DNA from: Geosiphon pyriformis uo1
Taxonomy: Eukaryota; Fungi; Glomeromycota
Direction: 5' to 3'
Assembly: GCA_016748015.1 (NCBI GenBank)
Contig: JAAOMT010000617.1
Span: 504,635-568,634, forward strand
Length of the DNA: 64,000 nucleotides
Made by a program: the position numbers and the translations under genes. The notes below the pieces were generated by a model. The model was not told the DNA's origin. It saw only the letters and a program-made list of their open reading frames with translations, and did no database searches. Shown here piece by piece: positions 36,018-46,953 of this stretch (position 1 is its first letter; the number at the start of each line of letters is the position of its first letter).

Positions 36018-38455
36018 GAATTGTAACAACTCTTTCTCTCCTAAATTTTATGACCACGAATAGAGTTAAGAGTAAAAAAGTTGCAAACGTTACTTTTCCT
36101 ATAGTAACTAATAAAGTTTCAACACGAGAGGGTTTCTCTGTTATTGAAGCAGCTAGACAAAACGTTCTGGCAACATTTCCTTTAAAAAATAATAGTAATA
36201 AGCTGCCTTTAGTGGCTTCTGGTTCATTTTCTTCTCCTTTGGCTGGAAGTTTTTCTCCAGTCAAAGTCCCTTCAAAAAGGCACACTCGGGTTAGTTCTAG
36301 TGTTGTCTCTACCACTTCAAAGAGCCCAAAGATTTTTAATAACAGACCAGTCAACAAGTTGGTCTTTCCTGCTCTCCCCACTCCCACTACTACTTCTACT
36401 ACTACTGCTTTACAAATGGCCGCAAAAGCGAAAAATTCCAAAAAACAGCAGCAGGCAGTCACAACTGCTATGGTCACACAAAACCCCTTTGTGGTTCCAG
36501 ATGAGATCTTTAGTAAGATCTCCACAGCAGCAGCCAGCCCTATTCCTGATATGGATGGCAACAGCAGCGGCACATCTCCCAAGATGGGCCAAGATCAACT
36601 ACTGGCTGTGTTGCCTAATGTGGTACTCTCTGGTAGATCATCACCAATCCCAGTAGCAAAACAGTCCATCAATCCAGATGATCTTAAAGATTGGGCTGAT
36701 CAGATGGAAATGGAATCAACTGTTCCTCCCCAGTTTCTGGTGCATCTAATGCTGGTGCTTGGGTGAATGTGAATGGATGTCAAAGGTTTTTTGGTTGGGT
36801 GGCCTCCAATCTTGTACCTGGTGCTATGTTTAAGATCAAGATGGCTTTGCTCAGTTCTTTGTTTCAGTTGCTGCCTGGTTGTATTGGGCTTAAATTGGTT
36901 TCACGAGATGCTGTTAAGTTGTTCTGTGTGAAATTTGCATCTTAGGAGTGTCTAAATAGTGCTACCAAAGTGGCCATTGGTGATGAGGTTTTTTTGACCA
37001 CTCTTAAGATTGCATGGTCTTTAGGAGTGGCCTCTGTTTCTTCCCCTTCTTTGTCAGTTGTACTGTGCAATGTACTCTTGGGTGCCTCTTCTGATGACAT
37101 CAAATCTGCTCTTGGCATTTTTGGTGTTGTCACTTCTGTTAAGTTGAAGTCTGCTGGCTTATGGCAATATGCTGTGGTTAATTTTAAGGACACTTCTTCT
37201 GCTGCTGCTGCTCTCTCTAACTGGTCTGTGTTGGTCAGAAAAGATAGTGTTAAGATTCTTCCCATTGCCAACCAAAAGAAGGTTATCTCCTCAAGAGATG
37301 CTTTCAAAGCTAAGCTGGTTAATCTTCCATTTGGCTGCACTGCATTTGAGATAAGTGATCTGGTCTCCTAAGTTGGTGGCCGTATGTGTTTCATTCCCCA
37401 CTCCCCTGATTCCTATCGATGTCAATGCTTTGCAGTGGTGACTTTCAGTTCCTTGGAATCTTTAAATGCTGCTGTTTCAAAAACCAGTACCTTACGTGAC
37501 TGCCATATTTGGTGGGAAACTCCTGAATGTTGTCGCTGCTATAGATGTCAAAGTTTGGATCATTTGGCTGTGGACTGCAAGGTGTTGCCATCTCTCCCTC
37601 TCAAACTCTCTTCTAATTCTGCTGATGGTCCCATCATTTTCAAGTCATCCCTTGTTGAAGCTAAATCTTATGCCAAAGCTGCCACCTCTGTGATTCCTTC
37701 TGTTGCTGCTGCTGCTGATATGGGTCTGGCTTTCAGTACCTCTCCCAAAGTTGTGGTGCTACTGTTGCCGGTTGCCTCCTTTGATTCAAATGTTGCTGTT
37801 AATGCTAGGTTGGCTTCTCTAGAAACCCAACTTAGTGAATTGTCTTTGTTGATCAAAGCTATAGTTGAGCCTGTGGGTTTTTTGGTTGTATTGGTTACTA
37901 TGTTATTGTCTACTCTACCAGTTATGGCAGAGACAATGAAGAAAAGTGTGATTGGATTGGGAAACCAAATTAAGGCTGTTCATGCTGTGGCTTCTGTGCT
38001 GCAAAAAGAAGTGGGAGCCCTCAAGTTAAGAAGTGGGAAGGTACACCATAACATATCTGATGATGAAGACATGGATGATGATGATGATGATGACAATAAT
38101 AATGGTGATGTTAAAGATTTTTTGGTCTATGATGATACATTTGATGCGATGATGGAGTTATGAGAGGTTCAATCTTCTAATATCAAGTCTGATCCAGATC
38201 AGACTGCTAAGTGGATAAACAGTCTTGTTAAGAGTAGTCATGAACTTGTATGCATTATGGGTAAGATGTATGAATTAGATATGTTTGATACATTAGGTAG
38301 CAAAGATAGTACTAGCATGTAGTTAGGGCTTTCCGCTTGTGGTTAGCCGCATCTTGTAATATGTATTATTGGATGAGCTGGCTTTATGAAACTGCCACAT
38401 TACTGTGGAATAACTAATAAACGACCAGCATGGCTACACATTAACAAAAAAAAAA
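36018..38455 (+). mobile_element. ORF1-only non-autonomous LINE derivative (HAL1-like), 2.44 kb
   Basis: ~17-18-bp TSD AAGAATTCTTGTTCTAGT at 36000-36017 and 38454-38471; poly(A); a single ORF1-like frame, no EN or RT. Confidence 0.9.
36050..38322 (+). pseudogene. Half-LINE ORF1-like protein (~750 aa; Ser/Thr-rich N-terminus, RRM x2, CCHC, coiled coil, acidic tract)
   Basis: Pieces 36050-36766, 36763-36945, 36970-37371 and 37384-38163 read on to TSM*; GLWQYAVVNF, CYRCQSLDHLAVDC. Confidence 0.85.
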
Positions 38456-38726
38456 GAATTCTTGTTCTAGTCTACTCTTGAGCTTTTTTGTTTACTAGCT
38501 TTTTGATTTTATTAGGATCATCATAAAATTCACTTTCTTCAATAACATGGTCTAGTACTATTATTTGTTTTTTTCTGTTCATAATGCTTTTAATCATCAA
38601 TCCTTTGCTTAGCTCAAAGTTCTGTTGTCTTTTGATAATATTGTTCACTATCTGCCTCTGCTGTTGTAGCCTGATTCTAGCATGCAGTGTAGATCTGTAT
38701 TCTTTTTTGATGCTTAATAATTCTAT
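38456..38726 (-). mobile_element. LINE-beta copy 2, middle segment
   Basis: Inverted match to ~31975-32240. Confidence 0.9.
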
Positions 38727-38944
38727 TGTTATGAGTTGGAATAACAAGCTAATAGATAGTAAGGGAGAACAGAATTGTAGGGTGATAAAAAGAATCAACT
38801 TCAAAGAGCAAATTGAATGAGTATGGATTCAATGTGTGAGATCAGTCTTATAAAATATCTCAGTTGCTATACTTTTCAAAGTAACTGAGGAATCTGAAGG
38901 TAGAGAGATAGTCCGTACTGTCAACAAATAATCACACTTGGTAT

Positions 38945-41900
38945 TGTTACAGGTTGGAGTAACAAGCTAATGGATAGCAAGGAAGAACAGAATTGTAGGG
39001 TGATGGAAATAATCAAAGGGGAATTCAACTTTAAAGAACAAATTAAATGAGTATGGATTCAATGTGCGAGATCAGTCTCATAAAATATCTCAGTTGCTAT
39101 ACTTTTCAAAGATAACTGGGGAATCTGAAGGTAGAGGAATAGTTCGTACTGTTAACAATTGATCACTACTGATATAATTCTATGTCTCACATTAGCGTTC
39201 TTAGAATTCAATATCAGGTATCAATTTGTGTTTTTCAGTCACATTTATTCAAATAATCTTCAGAAAAAGACCAACAAGTAATCTTTTATCTTTAAAATGT
39301 TCAGATACTTGAAGGTAGGAAAAGAAAAATTAGCGATAAGAGAAAAATTGAGATGAAAGTTGTTATTTTATTTATTCTTGATTATTCAGATGCTTGTTAT
39401 TACATGCTTTTCTACAGCTAAGAAATTCATCACTTATATAGCTATCAAAAATGGTCAATAATCAAGTCAATAATCAGGTCAATGATCACTTTCTAAAAAT
39501 AGTGTGGCTAATCATATAACATCAGTGGCTAATACATGTGATAATTAATAAGAAGTATAAGTTTCAATCATAACATCATCTTCTCCAAAAAGATTGAGCT
39601 CCAGCAAAATCAAGCTATTTATAGTGTAATCTATTTGAAAAGTTTTATCTAACTCAAAGCTAACTAATTTATTGAAGTCTTTTGTAGATAGGGTGTATAA
39701 TACTTAAGGCAAAATGAGTTTTGTATTCAAGAAACCAAATCTTTGTATTAGAGTTTTGGCTCTTTTAGCAATAGTTAAAACTCTTAAAACATCTAATCAT
39801 ATAATGCCCAAAATTTCTGCCTGTATCTTTGAAGTTGTTTTCTTTATGAGCTTCATGTTATCTATGATTTCACCAAGGTGACTATAGAGCTCTAGTTGTC
39901 TTCCATATGACAAGTTTTTGTCTATGGGTAAGATTTCTTTAATTGTTTTTCCAAGTGTGGTGGAGAGTACGAGTATCACTGCTGTTATACTTTCTAGCAG
40001 ATATTTATCTATTTTGCTACCAATTCTTTCTCTTCTGATAGTTGTTTTCTTTGGTCTAATAACAGTATGTGTTCCACTGCTATCAGTTATTGTGATCTGT
40101 TTTCCAATGGTCAAAGTAGCATTTGGATAGTTTTTAATCCAATACTCATAGAGAGTATTGAAGGCATTTTGAATGTTTTGATCCAGAAAATAATTGTTCA
40201 TGTCAATTTGAAGATACCTCTGTTTTGGGAATGGTGCATTTATTTATACTTGATTTTTGTTGATCATTTGAGTCGGTATTACCACAACAGGCAACCAATC
40301 AGGTCATTTGTGATATTTCTTGAGTCACATGCTATGAACAGGTCGATCATTAAAGATTGTTTCAGATTGATCTTGAAGAATATAAGAACCATTGTTCAAA
40401 ACTTTGTTGACTATAAAGGGTCCTTTCCATTGGCTAGAGAATTTATCACCATAGACATTGTCTCTGTCTAAACAATATTCTAATACCAAGTCACCAACAC
40501 TTAAAGAAAGTGTTTTATAGGTTTTCTTCTTTTTAAGTTTTTCTTAAAACTGTTTTATCTTTTCAAAAGCAACTATTCATGCTTCTACCAATGAATCAAA
40601 AATGGTACCAAGTTTTCTTTGCAAAATGTCTTTGTAATTTGCTATTGTGATCTCTTCAAAGAGTATTGTCTCAATGTCAGTTTCTATTGGTAGTATTGCC
40701 ATGCGTCCATAGAGCAGATAAAAAAGTTCATAACTTGTTATGTCATGATTCACAGTTCTATAAGCAAACAAAGCTGAAAACAGTACTTTGTCCTATAAGT
40801 TTGTTTCTTCACTGAAATTGGCTATTAAGACTGCTGTTTGGTCTGAAGTGGCTCTTGCTTTTACCCACTTTGTAAGATAGTCAGTAGCTGTGATAATATA
40901 TCTGTTGCCATTAGGGGTTATTGTTAAGGGTCCAACAACATCTATACCAATCCTGTCAAATGGTTGGCCAACAGAGATTGGATGGATATCTTCTTTTCTA
41001 TTGGGTTTTCCTCTTCTTTGGCAGGTATTACAGGTTTTAATGTACTTAGCAATGTTTTTTCTCAAGGTAGGCCAATAATAGCAACCTAGAGTTTTCTGAA
41101 TTGTTTTTGTTTTTCTAAAATGTTCAGCTAATGAATCAGTGTGCATGTTATAGACCACAATTTCTTTTTCTTCAAATCTTATAACTCTCTGGGGGTGGTC
41201 AGGATCTTTTCTGTTTCTTTTGTATAGTTGATTCTGGCAGATCAAATAGAAATTTGATTGTTTGCGCAAATATTCTCTTTGCTGTTGATTGTATTCTAGT
41301 GAGTATTGTCCTTTACCCAAAAATTCCATTAAGACAGAGTAGTTGTTCAAGTCCATTATTGTTTTTGGTTGTGAGAGAATTACTAATAATTAGTTTGGTT
41401 TGGTTTGAAGTAGTTGTATTGTCACTGAATGATAAGTCTAGAGAGAGCATCAGCATTTTAATAATGTGCTCCTTTGCGATGTTGAATGTCATAGTTAAAT
41501 TTGTCCAAGTGGAGTATCCAGCAAGTTATTCTTTTATGTTCCAGCTTCTTTTTGTTGCATAACCAAACCAAAGCTTGGTGATCTGTTACCACCAAAAACT
41601 TTACCACCAGGAGATATTTATCCCAGTAACTGGTAGCCCAGACTACTGCTAAGCATTCCTGCTCAGTAACTCAATAGTTCTGTTCTGTTGGTGTAAGGGT
41701 TCTACTGGCATATGCTATTGCATGTTTCCTGCCATCTTCATTTTTTTGTGACAGGACAGCACCAAGTCCATAATCAGATGCATTAGTATGAAGAATAAAA
41801 GGTTGATCCAGATCAGATTGCTTGAGAATAGGTTCTGTAACCAATTTTTCTTTGAGGGTTTCAAATGCTTTCTGCTGATGTGTACCCCAGTAGTAATTAA

Positions 41901-44900
41901 CATTTTTCTTAAGTAGCTGATTGAGTGGAAAGGTGATTTTGGAAAAATCCTTGACAAATTTCCAATAATAAGAAGCCAAACCAAGGAAAGAGCACAGTTC
42001 ATGAACATTCATTGGTTGTCTAATGTTCTGGACTTTTTCAACCTTGGCTGGATCAGATAAGATTCCATCCTTTGTAATAAGATGGCCAAGAAATTGGGTT
42101 GATTGGCGTCCAAAGAAAGATTTGATTGGGTTTATCTTAAGGCCAGCATTTCTAAGGAGGTCAAAAACCTTTTGCAAATGTTCAAGATGTTCATCCCAGG
42201 TTTTTGAGTACACCATTATGTTATCCAAATAAACCAAAACAAAATTTTTTTTCACTGATTCAAATACTTTGTCCATTAAGCATTGAAAGGTGGGAGGAGC
42301 ATTGGTGAGACCAAAAGACATGACTGTAAATTCATAGGTGCAATACTTGGTTATAAAGGCGGTTTTCTTCTGACTTTCTGGATCCATCTCTACTTGCCAA
42401 AATTCAGCAGTTAGATCAATAATTGAGAAGAAAGCAGCACCTTTGAATTGATCTAGCATTGCATCAATTTTGGGAAGTAGATACATATTTCTTTTAGTGA
42501 TGGCATTTAATTGGCAATAATCGACACAGAAGTGCAGAGTTTCACCTTTTTTGGATACCACTACAACTGGAAAAGCCCATTTACTCTTGGTTTTTGTATG
42601 AATCCAAGATCTTTTATTCGTTTTATTTTTTTCTTGATGAACTCATCATTGCAGCAATTGGATTGATATGGCTTTAGATGAATGGGGTGAGTTTCTCTAG
42701 TGGTGATGGTGTGTTGTATCACATGAGTTTGTTCAGGAGTATCACCTTCTTTTGAGATAACTGGACTGTTTCTAGCCAGCAAATTTTCAATGTCTATTTT
42801 TCTTTTTTCTGGAGAGAGTTCTCTTTGTTCTACAACTAGTGATTGGATCTCAGGTGGTTCATTTTTAAAGGACTTTTGGACTTCTTTCAATTCTTCTTTA
42901 GGTATCAAACTAATTGGTTCCCAATCTTTGTAATAGATCAGGCATGATTTGCATTCATCACTTGGAGAATACAAGGGTTGGTTGCACCAGCACTAGGCAC
43001 AAGAACCATGCCACCAATAATGGTACTTGGCTTTCTTGCCAAACTTTTGGTCAAAGGTTCTTCTAAGAATATCATAGTAGGGCCAGCAGATCAGCTTGCC
43101 ATTCATAATAATTCCTTCTTTGTTAGCTTTGACATTGTCCAGTGGCTTGCCATTGCTGGTGAAGGTAGTGTATACGAGTTCAGCAGTTTTTTCTTGTTCC
43201 TCTTGTTCTTCTTTTTCATTACTCTCTTCATCATCTGATTTATCTGATTGTTTTTCTTCTTGATTCTGTTTGTTTGCTGGGGGAGTTGTTCAATGGTGAC
43301 ATTTAATCACTATGGGCTTCTCACCACATCTGATGGTTAATTCACACAGTTCATAGTTGAGTAAGGCTTTTGCTTTCTTGAGCCACTCATTACCAACAAT
43401 GATGGTGTATTCCTTTGCTTCAGAAACCTTCATATCAGTTTCAATGCTGATGCTATTGATGCAGACAGGAATAGCTTTGGCAATACCAAGACCTTTTTTT
43501 TTATCACCATGTATATTAGTCATAGGTCTGGTGGAAGGTTTGTCAATTTTTCTGCCAATTGCTTCTAAGAAATGTTTGGCAATGACACTTACGGATGATC
43601 CACTGTCTAGAATCAAGTCAATAAAATAACCAGCCACTTGGGCTTTGCAAATTAAAGGGGTAATGTTGCTGTTGTCAGCAAGTTCAGCTTGATGAGGACA
43701 TTTGTTGGTTTTTGGTATTTTCTTCTTGGGGATCAGAGATTTGCAGAGATTTTTTCTAAACTATGAATGGGTCATCAACTGGCCAAAGGTAATATGTGCT
43801 GGAATTTCCATGAGATCTTTAACAACAGAATAAGGTCCAGATTTTTGTACTATTTCTGGGAGTTCTAGCTTTGAAGAATTCTTAAAAACTTTAGCCTTTG
43901 GTGGCTCATTATTATCAGCAATTGATGTGGATGGTTTGTTTAGATCCAAAACAAAATCAACCTTGGCTTTCTTTTTTTTCCTTGTTGATTCTGTGGTGTT
44001 AATTGCTAGTTCATCCATGTCATGGTCATTATCAGTTAAGTTAAAGGTGTAAAAGAGGTTTTCTTCTGGTTGGCTTGCACTCTCACCCTTTGAAGGTGTG
44101 TCTACCAGTTTAAAGGCTGATAAACAGTGGCTTTAACTAGGAAATTCTCTCTAAAGAAATTGATATTGGCATGATTAGGTCTTTGATTGGGGGCGTTGTT
44201 GTTAATGGTTCTGTTGTTTTGGTTATTATTGTTTCTGGAAGCTGGAAGGGGTAAGGGAAGATTATTGCAATCTCTTGAAAAATGTCCAGTTAATCCACAG
44301 TGATAGCACACAGGTGGGTGACAATTTTTTTGTCTTTGATAAGGTGGTTGCTAAGGCTGATTGAAATGTGGCTCAAATCTGGGTCTTTGGGGTTGCTGGT
44401 TATCTCTGACTGCTTGGGCTAATGGTTCTAATAGCCAAGCAAGATTTGCTGTGAGTCTATCTATCAACTGTTCATTTGGGTCTTGAGTTTGAGCAGTAAA
44501 AGAAGTAGCAGCCATTTGGGAAGCAGGAGCCATAACAGGAGCAGGAGCAAAAACTGGAAGTGTGGATCCCAAGTGCATTCTTTGGGCAAGTTCAATGGCC
44601 ATGTCCATTGTAGGATTATCTTTTAGAGCCAAGAGAAACCAAAGAGCATAGGATAAGTCGGTTCTCAATCCTTTTGTAAAGGAATGAATCTTTTGTTTTT
44701 CTGTCCAGTTTCTTCCAGAGTCTATTCATTTGATTAATTTTCTGATTGCTTTGGCATATTCAGTTACTACTTCTTCTGGATCTTGAGTTCTTCTTTCCAA
44801 TTCCATGTGCCATTTGGATATCAAGATTGGGGTTCTGAATTTGTTTTCAAACTAGGTTGTAAAAGAGGTGTTGTTTTCTTCAGCATTTGCTGGCATCCAT

Positions 44901-46327
44901 CTAATGATTCTTTGATGGGCATTGGCATCAGTTTCCTGTAAGAACCAGGTGGCAAAGGAGCCTTAAAGGTAGCCACCAACAATTTGAAACTTGTACTCAT
45001 CATCATATTGGTTAGCTGTAGCAGCTCTTTCAAAGTCATTCAACCATTCAATTGGATCTTGTATATTACCTCTAAATAATGGTAGTGAAGTGTTGTTTCT
45101 TTGCCCCAAGGCAGTTTGTATATCTTGAAGGACAGCCAGGATGTTTGCTTGCATTGGATCTTGGGCCATTGGTTCAGGAGTTACTGTTTGTGTGGAGTGT
45201 TCTGATTCACTTGAGAAAATATCAAAAATAAGAGCAGTTTGGTAACTTTCTTCTTCTGTTTCAAAGAGGTTTTCAGCTAGTTGGTGAGCAGCAATCCAAA
45301 TATGGATTTAGTGATTCAGATATTCGAAATCAGCGAGCTGTTGTTCAAAAGTTGTGGAGTATAAGAGCTGATTGATGCTGGTATTTTTTTCTTCAAAATT
45401 GTCTTCAAAATAAGCTTGATCAAAGTAATAGATGGTATAAGCTGTGTAGGTTTCAGCTGAATACTCATTCAGGAACCAGTTCCAAAAGTCTTGGAATTGT
45501 CTACTGGATTGTTCTTCAACAGGGAAACAGATCAAGCAGAAGGGCAGAGGATTGAGTTCAATAAACTCTAGGTCATTTCTGTTGTGTGCTGCAAAGTGTT
45601 CTTCTGATTGCTGTGACAAGTATGAATAATCACCCATACAATGAGGAAATAAGTGAATTTTGACAACCTCACAGGGAGCATTACTTTTATGTTATGGGTT
45701 GGAGTAACAAGCTAATGGATAGCAAAAGAGAACAGAATTGTAGAGTGATGGAAATAATCAAAGGAAAATTCAACTTTAAAGAGTGAATTGAATGAGTATG
45801 GATTCAATATGTGAGATCAATCTCATAAAATATCTCAGTTGCTATTCTTTTCAAAAGTAACTGGAGAATCTGAAAGTAAAGAAATAGTCCACTGGTATAA
45901 TTCTATGCTTCACATCAGTGCTCTTAGAATTCAATATCAGGTATCAACTTGTGCTTTTCAGTCACATTTATTCAAATAATCTTCAAATACTACAATTATA
46001 TACGTCAGAAAAAGGCCAACAAGTAATTTTTTATCTTTAAGATGTTCAGATACTTGAAAGTAGGGAAAGGAAAATTAGTGATAATAGAAGAATTGAGATG
46101 AAAGTTGTTGATTTTTTCATGTTTTTTTATAGCTAAGAGATTTATCACTTATATAGCTGTCAAAAGTGGTCAATGATCAGGTCAATGACTAGGTAAATGA
46201 TCAGATCAATAATCAGGTCAATGGTCAAGTCATTGATCACTTACTAAAAATAGAGTGGCTAATTTATGTGACATCAGTGGCTAATATATGTGATAATTAA
46301 TAAGAAGTATAAGTTTCAACCATAACA
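38945..46327 (-). mobile_element. Gypsy-B inner copy B-in1 (3' LTR 38945-39575; 5' LTR 45690-46327 shared with B-out)
   Basis: gag-PR-RT-RH, integrase with internal deletion near 40815, ORF-X, PPT; inserted after GTAT within the B-out 3' LTR. Confidence 0.88.
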
Positions 46328-46953
46328 TCATCCTCTCTAAAGAGATTGAGCTCTGGTGAAATCAAGCTATTCATGGGGTAATCTATTTGAAGGGTTTTAT
46401 CTAACTCAAAGTTAACTAGTTTGTTAAAGTTTTTTGTGTATAAGGTATATAACACTTGAAGCGAAATAAGTTTTGTATCCAAGAGACCAAATCTTTGTAT
46501 TAGAGTTTTGGCTCTTTTAGCAATAGTTAAAACTCTTGAGACATCTAACCATATAATGCTCAAAATTTCTGCCTGTATCTCTGAAGTTGTTTTCTTCATG
46601 AGTTTTATATCCTCTATGATTTCACTAAGATGACCATAAAGTTCTAATTGCTTTTTATATGACAAGTTTTTGTCTATGAATAAAATTTCTTGAAGTGTTT
46701 TTCCAATTGTGTTGGAAGATGGAAGTATAGCTGCAGTTATACTTTCCAACAGATATTTATCCATTTTATTACCAATTCTTTCTCTTCTGGTAGTAGTTTT
46801 CTTTGATCTAATAACAGTATGTGTTTTACTGTTATCAGTTATGGTGGTTTGTTTTCCAATGGTCAGAGTAGCATTTGGATAGTTTTTGATCCAATACTCA
46901 TGGAGAGTATAGAAAACATTTTGAATGTTTTGATCCAGAAAATAATTGTTCAT
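46297..46953 (-). CDS. Gypsy-B ORF-X (218 aa, still open), unknown function
   Basis: Open frame MNNYFLDQ...PELNLFREDDVMVETYTSY*; disrupted homologs at ~39545-40201 and ~50165-50818. Confidence 0.75.
   Translation of the reverse strand: MNNYFLDQNIQNVFYTLHEYWIKNYPNATLTIGKQTTITDNSKTHTVIRSKKTTTRRERIGNKMDKYLLESITAAILPSSNTIGKTLQEILFIDKNLSYKKQLELYGHLSEIIEDIKLMKKTTSEIQAEILSIIWLDVSRVLTIAKRAKTLIQRFGLLDTKLISLQVLYTLYTKNFNKLVNFELDKTLQIDYPMNSLISPELNLFREDDVMVETYTSY

Noticed and set aside
38360-38430. Hairpin or hammerhead ribozyme in the LINE 3' structure
   Set aside because: Four-way junction and GAAAC are suggestive, but the catalytic consensus (CUGAUGA; AGAA/GUC and GUAUAUUAC) is absent
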